A DNA stretch of 63,306 bases, filler included, from Licmophora abbreviata (GCA_900291995.1; 16 parts of 16 records of this genome joined end to end with filler, not necessarily neighbours in it), one strand, 5' to 3'. Positions 34,205-47,648 are shown, counted from the whole stretch's first letter. The notes: generated by a model from the sequence alone, not told the origin. Made by a program: numbers and translations.

Positions 34205-37200
34205 ATGGAGTCCGCTGCTGACGATATTGAATCAAGGGCGCCCGCTCATACGAGAGATGGCGACCATGACGTTCCCAAAGAAGCAGGACCGAGAGCTCTC
34301 GTGAAGAACGAAACGAGAGCAATCAGTTTGCTTCGTGGCATCCTCATTGGAGTATTGGTGGTGGCGGTCATCGCTGCGGCAGCGTCGACTTACAAGATTT
34401 CCTCGAAGTGGGAGCAGGATCAGTTCGCCGATGACTTTGAATCAGTGGCGACTAGCATCACAGAGGCGTTCTTACAAGGTGTTAGCGTCAAACTGTGGCA
34501 TGGCTACAGCGTAAGCCTCCTGATATCAAATGCGCTTCACGACACTGGAAATTTCACCGGTTTGACAGTGAGCAACTTTGAAGACTTGTCGCACTCTACG
34601 AGAATTTCGGCTCGTGCATGGAGCATAGTGTGGGCTCCTCTGCTGTGGAGTGACCAAGAAAGAGCATTGTGGGAGGCGGCTTCAACCTCTCAGAATACGT
34701 CGATCGAAAGCACTGACACTGTGACGTGTTCTATTTGTGGAAGCGATGATCTCGAACCTGGTGCTCCGGACGCTCAACTCGAAATCCCTGGGTATGGAAT
34801 AACTACGTGTTCGGGTATTGATATGGCGCTGAGCGACGCCGCCATTGTAAAGCCCGCAGAATGCATCTATCTCCAGACGCTTGCAAGCAGTATATGTCAG
34901 TGCCAAGGATCACAGTCCCCTGTGAGCACGTGGACTGACAATAGAACTACCAGTGACCGCATTTTTCGAATCGAAAACGATGAGATGGTTGATGAGACGG
35001 GGCCTGCCCCGTACTCTCCGACATGGCAGATCGCGCCGCTACAAGGAAAAGGACAAGCCATTCTCTTTAATCAAATGTCAGTGCCCCTTCGAAGTCGCGC
35101 CTTGTTGGCTATGGTGGACTCAAGATTACCGATAGTATCGGAGATGACATGGGACCGTGCTAGCGACGCATTTCGAAATCTCAATGGAATTANNNNNNNN
35201 NNNNNNNNNNNNNNNNNNNNNNNNNNNNNNNNNNNNTTAATTAATTAANNNNNNNNNNNNNNNNNNNNNNNNNNNNNNNNNNNNNNNNNNNNACGTTGAT
35301 ACATTGGGGTCGACGCTGTTCTACCCTGTGTTCGACGAACAGAAGAACGTTGTCGGCTCAACCTCGTTTGGCTTCTCCTGGACCTCGGTTTTTGATTTAC
35401 ACTATCCGCCTCGAAGTGATGGTGTTGTCATTGTAATCGAGAACACATCTGGGCAAATGTTCACTTGCAAGGTTGGAGATGGTGGTCTTATTGCACTAGG
35501 TGAGGGTGACCTTCATGAAGCGCGGTACAACCGTTTTCAGCAGATGTCGAGCTATGAATCATTTTCCAGACACCAGAGACGGACCGCCCCTCTTTCGAAT
35601 GAAGGGGACGATAGTTCTGATTGCCTCTTTCGAGTTCGAGTGTACCCATCTCAAATCGTCGAGAATCACTACACATCAAACCGACCGATGGTGTACACGT
35701 GTCTAGTGACGCTGATCTTCGTGTTCACTACATCAGTCTTTCTCTTGTATGACTATGCTGTCCGACGAAGGCAGAATAAGGTCATGGAATCAGCGGTACG
35801 CACCGAAGCTATCGTATCTTCTCTGTACCCCGACGGCGTGCGCGAGCGACTTTTCCGATGGGATGTAGGAGCAGGAGCCACAACGCGCAACCGCAAAAAG
35901 TTTATGCCTCGTCTGGAGACACCAAAGGTACTTCTTCGTCATTTTCTGGCGAACTCTCGATCGAACAAAGACGGCGTGAAACCTGGCAGTGAACCGATTG
36001 CGGACTTTTTCTCCAACACCACAATTCTATTTGCCGACATCGCTGGGTTCACGGCGTGGAGTTCGGAACGTGAGCCAACGCAGGTCTTCACTCTTCTCGA
36101 GAGCCTGTACCACTCCTTTGACGAGATCGCCCAACAGACTGGTATCTTCAAAGTGGAGACGATCGGGGACAGTTACGTCGCTGTCTCTGGTTTGCCGGAA
36201 GCAAGGGATGACCACGCAGTCGCCATGTCCCTGTTTGCTTCTCGTGTCATGAGCGCGATGCACAGTCTTGCTAGAAAGCTAGAGGAATCTCTTGGTCCCG
36301 GAACCGGTGATCTGTCGCTTCGTATCGGTCTGCATTCGGGCCCCGTCACCGCCGGCGTTTTGAGAGGTGCAAAGTCTCGCTTCCAACTGTTTGGCGATAC
36401 AGTTAATTGTGCAAGTCGGGTAAGTGTCGCATGTTTACTTTCGTCGAGTGCTGGTTGAACGGGACTCCCATGCTGACACCCGCTATCTGCCCTTGTCAGA
36501 TGGAGAGTACAGGTTCCGTTGGAAGGATTCAAGTCAGTGCTGAGACTGCCAATCTTCTAGTCGAGGCAGGGAAAGTTTCTTGGATATCGAGAAGAGAAGA
36601 GTTGGTCCCTGTCAAGGGTAAAGGCGAACTACAAACCTACTGGGTTCAACCGACTGTGTCCGACCAGCATACCAGTTCTCAGAGGTCTGCGTCATGTTCG
36701 TCGTCCAAGTACACAAACGGGGTGATTTGGGGCTCCGCAAGTATTGAAGATTCTTTTTCGAGCAACGCAAACGAGCCAGACAAGTGGAAACGTATGGTCG
36801 AATGGAATGTCGACGTTCTAGTTGGTATTTTAAAGAAAGTTGTTGCGAAACGTCAGGCAGCTGCCAACCGAGCTACATTCAGAGCGAGTCGCAACAAGAG
36901 GAAGCCATCGATTGCGAAGGGTACAGCCGCCGTTCTGCGGCATGAGATTGACCCTGAATCAATCGATCTTGGGCCGGAAGTCCGTTCACAACTTCGAGAC
37001 TACGTGACACGAATCGCGAGCCTTTACCAGGACGTCCCTTTCCATGATTTTGACCATGCTAGCCACGTCCTCATGTCGGCAAACAAGCTCTTGAATCGTA
37101 TTGTTCGACCAGATGACGTTGAACACAAGACAAGGTCAAAGCGACCGAAGAAGCAGCATCGCTCTCTTGCACGAGAGATACACAAATCAACATTTGGGAT

Positions 37201-37990
37201 TAGTTCAGATCCATTGATGCAGTTGGCGGTCGTCCTCTCTGCGCTTGTTCACGACGTGAAGCACCCTGGTGTCCCAAATGCGCAGCTTATTAAGGAAGGC
37301 GATCCAGTTGCTATCAAATTTAACGGCAGGAGTGTTCTGGAGAATCAATCTGTCCAGTGCGCTCTGGACATGCTAATGGAAGATGCGTATACGGATCTGC
37401 AGGCATGCATTTACGATTCGGAAAGCGAGAGGCTACAATTCAGTGATCTTGTCGTAACCGCAATCATTTCTACGGACATTGCTGACAAGGAGTTGAACAA
37501 CGCGCGCAAAAGACGATGGAATGAGGTATTCCACACAGACGATGAAGAGTCGACCAGTGATGAACTCGTACACCGGAAAGCTATGATTGTCTTTGAGCAC
37601 ATCATCCAGGCGTCTGATGTTGCTCATACGATGCAGCACTGGCACATCTTTTTGAAGTGGAATGAACGCTTGTTCGAGGAGAGGTACTCTGCATTTATGG
37701 AAGGTCGTGCGGAAGACCCGTCGACTGACTGGTATCAAGGAGAGATCGCGTTCTTTGATTTTTACGTGATTCCCCTGGCGAAGAAATTGAGAGAATGTGG
37801 CGTCTTTGGGGTCTCAGGCGACGAGTACCTCAACTACGCCGTCGAGAATCGAAGAGAGTGGGAGATCAAAGGGAAGGGGATTACGAAGGAAATGATTGCA
37901 CGTTACAGTAGTAGGGCAGCTCTGAAGCAAGAGATCAACACCAATGCTCAGAGTTTACGTCGCCTGAGTATGAATGCTGCTCAGGCTTAA
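34205..37990 (+). CDS. Receptor-type nucleotide cyclase-phosphodiesterase fusion (TM-CHASE-like-TM-cyclase-PDE); spans gap 35193-35292; intron 36420-36499
   Basis: Two TM helices. Cyclase motifs TILFADIAGFT, KVETIGDSY, RIGLHSGPV, FQLFGDTVNCASRMES. PDE motifs PFHDFDHASHV, HDVKHPG, QASDVAH. Gap flanks join in frame. Confidence 0.92.
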
Positions 37991-38448
37991 CGTACAGAAT
38001 AGATCGAATTCTGCCCATATGTCACAGTATAGCCTGTTCAACCGCTAGATTGGTGCCCGATACTGCGGTTTCGAAGCGACGTAGCTACTTGTTTTTCTCC
38101 AGAGTGAGAGGGTGTGATTGCTGCTTTATCGTGGTTCGGGTGCAGCTGAAACGTCAGCTGCGACACTGTCTAGAATCATGCATAAATCTGAACACATCAA
38201 TCGAGCCCAAGTCACTTTCGCCACCCTGGCGCGCCATTTCTCATTCCATGAGGCACGCTCGAGCTATCATCGAACCTTCCTCAGCAATCCATGGCGTCGT
38301 CGAAGACAACCCTGTTCATTGCGCCTCCTTTACTGCATTCGGAACCTGATTCTCGTCCATTATCGTCAATTGGATCTCTGATCTCATAGATACGATAGTG
38401 ACCACGTCAAACGCTTCCACGGTTGCTTCCAATCAGTTCGAAAAAGAG

Positions 38449-41400
38449 ATGACTCCGACAACCATCGAGCCCATGGAGGAGAGCTCTGTGCAGCGAATCG
38501 TCGCGGGGCAAGCCGTGACGGATCTTGCGAGTGCTGTGAAGGAACTAGTCGATAACGCACTCGATGCCGGAGCGAAGAGCATTAACAGTGAGTTTCTGAA
38601 TTTTGTGAAATTCCCTGTGAAACTTGAACTTTCGATTTGACTGCTCATGCCGCTCGCCACACGCTGCCGTTCTCTCTTCATTTCACAGTTCGTCTTTTTA
38701 ACCAAGGAATCGACGTTGTGGAAGTGTCTGACGATGGGTCTGGCGTACCGATGTCATCTCGTCCGTACTTGGCAATGAAGCATGCGACTTCCAAGATTCG
38801 CTCCTTTGATGACATCTACAGCGGCGTGTCGCATTCCCTCGGGTTTCGAGGAGAGGCACTTTTTTGCCTTGCCAATATCAGTCAGAGTCTCGTTATTGCC
38901 ACACGAACAGCTCAAGATCCCATTGGACAAAAGTTGACCTTTCAGTCCGATGGGACGATGGATGCGGATTCAGTGACAAGCCTTGCGCGAAAAATTGGAA
39001 CTACCGTCGCAGTCGTCAAACTGTTTCACAACCTGCCGGTCCGAAGAAACGACATGATCAAGCGAATCAAGGCACAGCGAGGCAAACTTATAAGCCTGAT
39101 TCAGGGATGTAAGTCATTAATTCTTGTCAACGTATGAAGAGTCCTTCGTCGGTTGTGTACTCACCACCCAGCCGTGTTGCCATGTCTCCGTTAGACGCCA
39201 TTCTCTGTACGGGGGTGCGATTTAATCTCATTGACATTGTGGGAAATTCATTTCGCGAAGACGTCAAATTGTGCACTAGTAGCTCAAGTACTACCGTGGA
39301 GCAAACATTGAGCAGCGTGATGGGAAGCAAGTTTCTTGCCGGCATGACGCCCATTTCTGTAGATCTTTCGACGGCGTTGCCGGGCGGTCAGATGAAAGGA
39401 TTGATTAGCAAAGCACCCGCCTTGACCGCTCGAGACGGATCTGTTGCGAGGGATGCACAGTTCTTCAGCATAAATGGCCGTCCTGTTGAGGTGCCCAAGC
39501 TGTCCCGTGCCTTGAGCGAGGCATGGCGTACAATGGAAGGAAGCAAGAAGCGACCAGCGTGTGTGCTGTGTCTGACACTTCCGTTTTCCGAATACGACGT
39601 CAATCTGTCGCCCAACAAGCGAGAAGTATTACTGACGCACGAGTCCGCCCTTTGTACTGCGGTTCATGATGCGGTGGCATCCTTGTGGGCGAGTCAGAGC
39701 CATGGGAGCTTTGCGGCCAATGAGGTGAATGTGGCGACAACGGCGCGTCCAAGTGTGACTGTTTCCGACAAACCGGTGGACGTTTTGGCACCTCCAACCG
39801 ATAATTCTCCCCGAGCGTCTCCAGGAAAGAGCCCTTCGCGTCGAGCTAGGCGCCGTAACGCGTTTGTACATGATTTTCGGAACGCTCGTATGCAACATGA
39901 TATCGACGAGCCGCATGAGTCTGAAACGCCCGTCACTGGACAGCCGGTGCTCGAGCACGAAGGTGTTGCGGAGAGGGAGACGGTTCGCCCCGTAATGGAA
40001 CCGCTTCCTCGACCGCCTCGCATCGATACTGGATATGATGAAGCAAGTGACGACGAAAGGATCCAATGGGCGACCGCAAAGTTCAGGTTCAATCAGTCGA
40101 ATCGACAAAGCCAACGAGACGAAATTGAGAGCCTGAGCGGAATCCGAAAGCGCCATGTAGATGATCCCATCGCGGGCGCTGCGATGGCACCGCTGGAGAG
40201 AGTGTCGAAGACTGACTCATCACACTCTCGCAATGGAGACGCCCTGTCTAATCTACCACTGGAAAACGAAGTGGACGGTCCACAACGGAAAAAAGCGTTC
40301 ACGCTTGAAGACTTCTCGTTCCGTTCAATTGGCGGCGCAAGTGCCCTAGTGACGAAGCGGATAGGGACAACGTCTCAGCTAAATGCAGTAGTCGATGGTG
40401 CCACTCAGACGGAAATGGAANNNNNNNNNNNNNNNNNNNNNNNNNNNNNNNNNNNNNNNNNNNNTTAATTAATTAANNNNNNNNNNNNNNNNNNNNNNNN
40501 NNNNNNNNNNNNNNNNNNNNGGAAATGGAAGAGTCGACAGGTGATGCTCACAATTCATTGCCACCTGCTCACTCATCAAAGAAGGTTGGCACTCCCGCGA
40601 ACAGTCAATCTATCCTCGCCCAGGCGTCAACGCGGAAGAGTCCCCAAAGCGTGGAGACCACGATCGTCAGCAACGTCCGTCCAGAAGTATCGGAGGTGAC
40701 TAGCCCCAGTACTGAAGAGATAGACGACGCGACACCATGTCCGGAAGCCGTCGTATGGAGGTCGTTCGGCGCGACTGATGCTGTCGTTGATGAAGCGAGG
40801 AAAGCGCGATTGGAGACGAGGCGTACAAAGGAGAAGCTCAGGGCTCTTGCCAGGGTGCGCAGGAATTCATCGGCCCAAGACAATGAGGCTTCCGAGGCTG
40901 GCGTCGGTGATACCGTCGGCATTAACGACGATGACTCCGACAGCGATATCAGTATCAGTGGCGTTGTACACCTGTCTAAGGACGACTTTGCCGATATGCA
41001 AGTTATTGGACAGTTCAACCTTGGTTTTATTCTCGCCAGGTGTCGCAACAACCACTTGTGGATTCTAGACCAGCACGCATGCGATGAGAAGTTCAACTTT
41101 GAGCGGCTCTGTCACGAAACTGTCATTCACGAGCAGAAACTCCTGACCCCCATGTCTCTGGAACTGAGTGTCTCAGAGGAAAGCTGCATTCTGGAACACT
41201 TGGACGTTTTTGAGAAGAATGGCTTTCGCTTCCAGCATGATTCGGACAAGCCGCCTCGACATCGGCTGTCCCTCACCGCACTGCCGCACAGCGGTGCCCA
41301 AGACGGCCGCAAAGCGGTTCAATTCGGAAAGGATGATGTACAAGCCCTCTGTGCTCTTCTAGGAAACCAAGATGCAGACTACGAGAGTCAGGACGGGGGA

Positions 41401-41853
41401 ACTGGGGTCGATGGTACCGGACTCCAAGGCAACAATGCTGTTCGGCGATATGCAGGCAAGCAGTCGCAACTTACGCAGGGGTCTGCCAGTTGCGACAGGA
41501 ACAACGCAGACAAGGCGATCGCTCGACTTCCCAAGGCGATTGCCATGTTTGCCAATCGTGCTTGCCGGGGGAGCATAATGATCGGAACGGCACTTTCGTC
41601 CAAGGAGATGGTGTCGGTTGTGCGGCGATTGTCAGACGTTTGTCACCCATGGAACTGTCCACACGGGCGGCCTACGATGCGCCATGTGCGGGACATTCAG
41701 GGAACACTAAGCAGAGATGAAGTTCGAGCTGCCGAGTATATTGCAGCACCCACTGTTACGTTCCTGACGCAAGAGCCCTTGAGTCAAGAGGACGACGGTG
41801 ACGAGAACAATGCTGAACAGGAGCAAGACACGAGTTCTATAATCCGCAAATAA
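38449..41853 (+). CDS. PMS2: MutL homolog PMS2/PMS1 mismatch-repair endonuclease (introns 38588-38688, 39109-39194; spans gap 40421-40520)
   Basis: AVKELVDNALDAGA, DDGSG, KHATSK, LGFRGEAL, DVNLSPNKR, GQFNLGFI, DQHACDEKFNFE, ACR, PWNCPHGRP. Confidence 0.93.
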
Positions 41854-41896
41854 TCTAAGGTGTTAGCATAGAAATCATGACACGATAGTGCTGCTA

Positions 41897-42292
41897 TCAT
41901 ACATAAACTATCAGAAAAAGCAGAACGACCACCACTGCAGTGAGTGTGAGAATAAGAAGGAAGTTTTTGGTGCCCCCGGCTTTTTGTATCATTTCCCTCG
42001 TTTTCCGCGTGACAAGATCCAGGTTCTCCGTGGCAGTCTCCAAATCGTGCTCCATGTCGTCGAGCATCTTATTCTGATGACCCAGCTCTTCGGAGATCGT
42101 AGCAGACATCTGACCCAGTCGGTCCGCACTCTGACTGAGCATTTCAAGACCTTGGTCTTGGCGCCGTATCTGCTCCTTCTGGGAACGCATGTGTCGCTGC
42201 ATGAAATCCTCTCCTTCGTCGCTGCTGTCGTCGCTGAACTCCTGAGGAGGGACTTGCCGATAGCTCCCGTTCCCGTCGCTCCTTGAAAACAT
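41897..42292 (-). CDS. Qc-SNARE (syntaxin-6/8-like), tail-anchored
   Basis: QDQGLEMLSQSADRLGQMSATISEELGHQNKMLDDM SNARE heptads followed by a C-terminal TM helix. Confidence 0.85.
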   Translation of the reverse strand: MFSRSDGNGSYRQVPPQEFSDDSSDEGEDFMQRHMRSQKEQIRRQDQGLEMLSQSADRLGQMSATISEELGHQNKMLDDMEHDLETATENLDLVTRKTREMIQKAGGTKNFLLILTLTAVVVVLLFLIVYV

Positions 42293-42747
42293 GATAGACG
42301 TCGTTTCTACGTAGGCGAATCAGTATTGTGAAGAAAGACTCAGAACAGGAGGGGCACGAGTCGAGTCCTCGTGTTCTCAGTTGGGCCAATGGGCACTTTG
42401 AGATGGATCGCAAGATGGCAGCGTCCTCACTTGGAGCAAGACCAACTATGAGATTTTTTATCAACGTGAGATATGACAGAAGACTATTGTTCTTGTGCAC
42501 AGAAGACAAGACGAGTCCTGGAGACGCTGTGGTCACGCCATGGTCGGCGTTGCGAAAAAGTGAGCGTCGCCGGTCATTCCGGATAAAAGGGAATTCGGAA
42601 TCTTGACTGCGGTCGGTCAGGGAGCGACGTGGAACTTCAGTTGGTTTCGTGCTTGAGGAGATGGATAGCTACAAGAAACAAGTACCGATTGCTACAACTG
42701 TCGTATCGATTGAGTTGACTACGTTCTTAGGATATACATCAATGAGG

Positions 42748-45700
42748 TCACAGATCGTCGTACGTTGGAAGTCGCTTGGACGGATCTTGGGCGTCCCAGT
42801 GGATTCCCTGCCGCTCGAAGAAGTAGTCTGGATCCGCTGGGGGGTAGGGCTGCGTTAGCGTTTCGATCAAGCCATCGACATTGTCCTTTGTGATTTCGGC
42901 AATGTACACAGAAACGACTAGTCGCATTTCTCCAGTGAAGCGATGATCAGCTTCAGCAGTGCCATGATAGGTCTCGTCTCCCATCACAGCGGCGACATCG
43001 TATTCGTATTTGTAGCCTCCCTTGTTCGAGCCCTCTTCTCCGTCCAACACAAACAGCTCTGGCTTGGAATCATTTGCTAGAATCAACGGCACGATCACGT
43101 TGAACACCTTTCCATCTGGATCTGTAAAGTCTTTGTGAACGAAGCCCTTGTTGCAGTGAGATACCGTCATGAAGGACAAATGGTAGCATTGTAGAGCTTC
43201 AAGACCAAACCGCTGGCCAATCGCAGACAGAATTTCGTCAAACCCCGACGAGCCCAGCATACGGAGGAAGTCAACCTGTGCTTCCTCATCATTTGGACTA
43301 AGCCAGTGCATGTCGCTCTGGTAATGAGCTGCCGTTCGCTGGATAAACCAGTTGAAGCCCTCAAACGTTTCGAATTCGTCTCCGCTGGGTTCAAGACCTT
43401 CCCCTTCAACCACCAACGAGTGCGACAAGTCGATGATGCCCATGCGATCAGCGTAGGCCATGATTCCTTCAGAGAGTTCAGGCCTGAGTCCAATTCGGAA
43501 TCCATATTCGGTCAGTATTTCGTTTGTGTCCGCCCATTGGAAGGGCTCGATCTCGTTTGGCTCCAGAGAACGACTAGCAAAGTCGTTAACAACCCGACCA
43601 CGCGGTAGCTTCTTGCTCGGATCATCTCGTTTCCAGTGACGACCAGCGTTATCGTAAAAGAACCGGGCGTCGTCGTTGGGCGGAAAAGATTGATTGATCC
43701 ATTTCATCACCTCTTCAATGTTCGAATTGTCAACGTCAGTAATGTAGACCGACATCATTAGCCGCAACTCGCCGTCGTCGCGATAGTTATTAGCGGCAGT
43801 TGCGTGGTCCGCATCGTCACCCATAACTGCGGCTACGTCAAACTCAAAGTTGTATTCGCCAATCATGGTTCCTTCGTCATTGCGAATGAGAAGCTCAGGA
43901 TCGGAGTCTTCGACCAGCACAAGAGGGAAAATCAAGTTATATGTCGCGTTTCCGCTCTCGGTAAAATCGTAGTGCATAAATGATTCACTGCACTCCGACA
44001 CGACCATCAACGAGAGCTGGAAACAAAAGAGACCATCCAGATTGAAATGATTCCCGATACTTTCAAGAACCTGGTCGAATCCACCGTCCCCGAGCACCCG
44101 AAGGAAGTCCTCTTGTGCTTCTTCGTCGTCGGGTGATATCCAGTGCATGTTCGAGTTGTAGTGTGGGCTTGGACGTGTCACGTACCAGTTGTACCCACCA
44201 AAGGTGAGATCGGCGTCTCCATTCGGTGGGAGGGCATTGCCGTCGATCACCAACGAGCGAGACTTTTTTATTATTCCCATTCGCTCACAGTAGGAAAGCA
44301 CTGCGCTAGTCAGACCAGCTGGAAGTCCGATCCGAAATGCGTTTTCAGACAATACTTTTCGTAACTTCTCCCACTTGAAAACTGCAATCTCCCCGGGCTC
44401 CACATCATTGATCTCGATTTCGAAAACCTCTTCGTTCCGTTCTGGTCTGAAATCTGACATCCACTCTGCCGGGAAAAATCCGGGAGGGGTAGCAATTGGT
44501 TGACGAAAGGCCTTCCGCACATGCATGTCTGTAGTGTATGGGGCGTCCACGAAGCGAATCATGTGTCGGGGCACTCCTGTCACGATGGCGTCATCTTGGC
44601 TAAGCCGGCAGAATGGAGAGTCGTGAAGCTCGTTCATTTGCCAGACACGAACCCGGTAGAGTTCCTCTTGGCTCTCTTTAGGAGGGATTCTTTTGACAAT
44701 CTCACATGGACGGAGGCAGTCGTGGACTTCGTTTCGCCATTTATGCCATCCAGGATGCTCGCCATCTTCGACCTTCATTTCCCATAAGCATGCAGTCATT
44801 ATGTTGTCTGGATAAGGATCAGCTTCCTGCTCAGCACTGGTACGGACACTCTCGCTCCCATGTTCGGCCTCAAACTCGGTAGCAGCCACGTACTCTTTCG
44901 AACCTGCCATTTTTGGCCAAGCTCGCTCCCTCCACGACCATAAGGCTTCCCAAGTCTCGCCGTAGTCCAGAAAAATCTCCTCACCTTCCGCGACATCACG
45001 AAGTGCGACATACTCAATATATGGAGCCTGTTCTGTTTTGAGGAGTTCGTGGAACGGCTCTTCAAGCAGCTCTTCGGTGTCCCCCAGGGAAGACCATTGA
45101 ATCTTGACGTTTGCCATTGAGACATTGTGGTTGATGAAGTTGACCACAGGCGCGGAAGGCAGCAACACAATTTCAGAGTGGGGGTCTCCAAGGACGTAGT
45201 TCTTGAGCAGCTGATAAGCCTTCCGCTTGCTTTGGAAAAGCAGTCGACCCTCGTCGTCTCCCTCTGTTGCAATAGCCTGTTCCATGACGTCTAGGTCCCG
45301 TCGGCGCATTGGAATGACAGGGGCGGGAGCAACGACACTGCCTTTAGGAAGAAACCGCGACGCCAACGCCCCTCGACCGGCTCCAGGGATCGTGCTGGAT
45401 TGAGGATATAGATTATCAATACAATGGCAACTCGTCTTGAGCCAGTCTGGGTTACGTGGAAAGGGCCGCCTCCGGACAGGCTGGTCCTCATGTCCAGGAC
45501 AGTCAATGAAGAGCTCGTCGCCGGCACGAATGTTTGTGGAAGCAAATTTAGTAAAGTTGTGGTAATAGGAAAACGACCCTGCCGAAGAGTCCTTGTGTCG
45601 ATGCACTCCATCACTGTCGTGGTGGATTCCGGAATCGGGCCTTACATTTTGAAGCTCCTGTGTGGACACGACGAAGTGAGGGGCACATATAGTATGATGA

Positions 45701-46202
45701 TGATGAGATTTGTGTCAATACAGGTACGCACTGCTTAGTGCAATATAGAGGCACGTACCGCATGACACTGAATTGGCCAGCCAAAGCCAGGCGCAAAGAC
45801 GCGCAAGTTATAATCGCTCTCAAACGAAATCTCAGGGATGAAATCGGCACCCCAGAATCTGTCATGCCAGAGCTGAGGCTCGTTCAAATTGGGATCAACC
45901 ATGGGGATGACAATGTCAGGCTGCCCCACGTCGTCGCCTTCTATAATATCGATACCAGAAAAGATACCTAATCCTCCCAGTCTGGATTCGGCAAGGTACA
46001 GTCGACACGGTGGAGCTTGCGTGTCTAGTGACGCCTGCTTTGTAGTCAATGAAGCCGCAGTGCCATTGTCGTCGCCCTCGACACAGAAATCGTCATCGGA
46101 AGCAAGGCACTCATTTTCTCCTACACATTGAACTGTGTACACAGCCGTTGATGCCACCAGGGCGGCTAGCAACCACCGCTTCCCACCGCCAATCATCGTC
46201 AT
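42748..46202 (-). CDS. Secretory-pathway tandem SET-domain protein fused to two 2OG/Fe(II)-oxygenase-like repeats (intron 45658-45758)
   Basis: Signal peptide. SET1 CRLYLAES..GLGIFSG...IRAGDELFID. SET2 STIPGAGRGALA...FINHN...ALRDVAEGEEIFLDYG. Two ~265-aa repeats with HxD...H...RLxxSVY. C-terminus YDDL. Confidence 0.85.
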
Positions 46203-46603
46203 GGGCACAGCGTCGAGGAATTATGACGGAACCATGAAAATATACTCGTGACTGAACGGCGCGCCAAACCGAACTTTGAACTTTCCCGCAATCCAGATGT
46301 CTCTGCGAGCTCCGCACACGGAACGCGCACCGTCGGAAGACATCAGAGAAAGTTCGAAAGTGGTGTGCTTCTGCCGTGTTTGAGGCTACCGTAGTTAGAG
46401 AGTCTAAACGTCCTGTTAGCTAGTGTTTCATCTTTGCTGCTAGAGCCTGTAATGGCATTTTAGTTCATTGTTCGTATTGTGGTACACATTCAAAGTAAGC
46501 TGCGCGCGTCGACGATAATCTACCATTTCCGCAGAAACAAGATCGATGAGATGCACTCCAGCCGAGCTGTCGCATGCCATCACAGTAGCCGACCTGCATG
46601 CTT

Positions 46604-47503
46604 TTACTGGCTACTCTGCTGCAAATGCGAACATCCAATCCAGAAAGAAATGCCAATCAGTACGCCGACCACTGTGTAGGGGATGACAGCCAGTACAACC
46701 AGAATCGTAACCAAAATGACGCAAACACCACAGACTGCAACGTGACGATTCCTCTGTCGTCTCCTGAGGCGAATTTGAGCATGCGTCGTTGGAAGATTTT
46801 GTGCTGGCGAATCGGCAGAAGCAGTGTCGTCGTCGGGACTTGGATTCACATTCTGTCCGACTCTCCTCCGTTCCGACGTGGCCATGGAGTCTTTCCATCG
46901 ACGGATCGAAGGATGCAAGGAGTCGTCCGTACGATCCTTTTCGTCTTGAATGAGATCGTAGAGAGCATTGTTCTGTCGGAGAGCCGATAGAGCAAGTTGA
47001 CTTCGTGTCATGGGCGACACTCCGTTGGCCCGAATCCAATTTTCGATCGCATCATGCTCGTAGCTGTACCCTTCCGGACTAATGACTGGGTCGACCATGA
47101 GTTCACACGTAATGGGACAGTAGTAAGAAGGCGGCAGCGGACGGTGCTCAATGGCAAAGGCAGACTGTTCCACCAAGCGACCCCATCCGTTCTTCAAAGT
47201 TTCATCGAGACGGCGGATGCTGCCGCGCATACTGTTGGAAGCCAGATCCAGCTCTCGTTCGATAATGGACTTGAGGGCCCGGTTCTTGTAGTAGGAAGAC
47301 TGTTCATTCTGTTGATCCGACATGTCGTCCACGGTGGATTGATCGTAGGAATCTCCTGCAGCATTGACGACCGGATCGACCATGATCTTGCCCGTCATGG
47401 GATCGTAAAAGGCGTTCGGGAACGCGCGCTCTTGTGTGTCGCCGGACACTCCTTCCATGTCTATTTCTTCTTCCTTTTCATCCTCGACTTCATTGACTGT
47501 CAT
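46604..47503 (-). CDS. Double U-box domain protein with C-terminal TM helices
   Basis: PNAFYDPMTGKIMVDPVV..GDSYD...NRALK and PPSYYCPITCELMVDPVISPEGYSYEHDAIENW...SPMTR...NNAL. Hydrophobic C-terminus. Confidence 0.88.
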   Translation of the reverse strand: MTVNEVEDEKEEEIDMEGVSGDTQERAFPNAFYDPMTGKIMVDPVVNAAGDSYDQSTVDDMSDQQNEQSSYYKNRALKSIIERELDLASNSMRGSIRRLDETLKNGWGRLVEQSAFAIEHRPLPPSYYCPITCELMVDPVISPEGYSYEHDAIENWIRANGVSPMTRSQLALSALRQNNALYDLIQDEKDRTDDSLHPSIRRWKDSMATSERRRVGQNVNPSPDDDTASADSPAQNLPTTHAQIRLRRRQRNRHVAVCGVCVILVTILVVLAVIPYTVVGVLIGISFWIGCSHLQQSSQ

Positions 47504-47505
47504 GC

Positions 47506-47648
47506 TGGTGGTGGTGGTGGTGGTGGTGGTNNNNNNNNNNNNNNNNNNNNNNNNNNNNNNNNNNNNNNNNNNNNTTAATTAATTAANNNNNNNNNNNNNN
47601 NNNNNNNNNNNNNNNNNNNNNNNNNNNNNNTGCTGCTGCTGCTGCTGG
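47506..47648. repeat. (GGT)n and (TGC)n microsatellites flanking an assembly gap
   Basis: tggtggtgg... before the gap and tgctgctgc... after it. Confidence 0.85.

Noticed and set aside
18007..41853. FANCM and PMS2 as a DNA-repair cluster
   Set aside because: About 15 kb apart with unrelated genes between. Chance proximity is sufficient.
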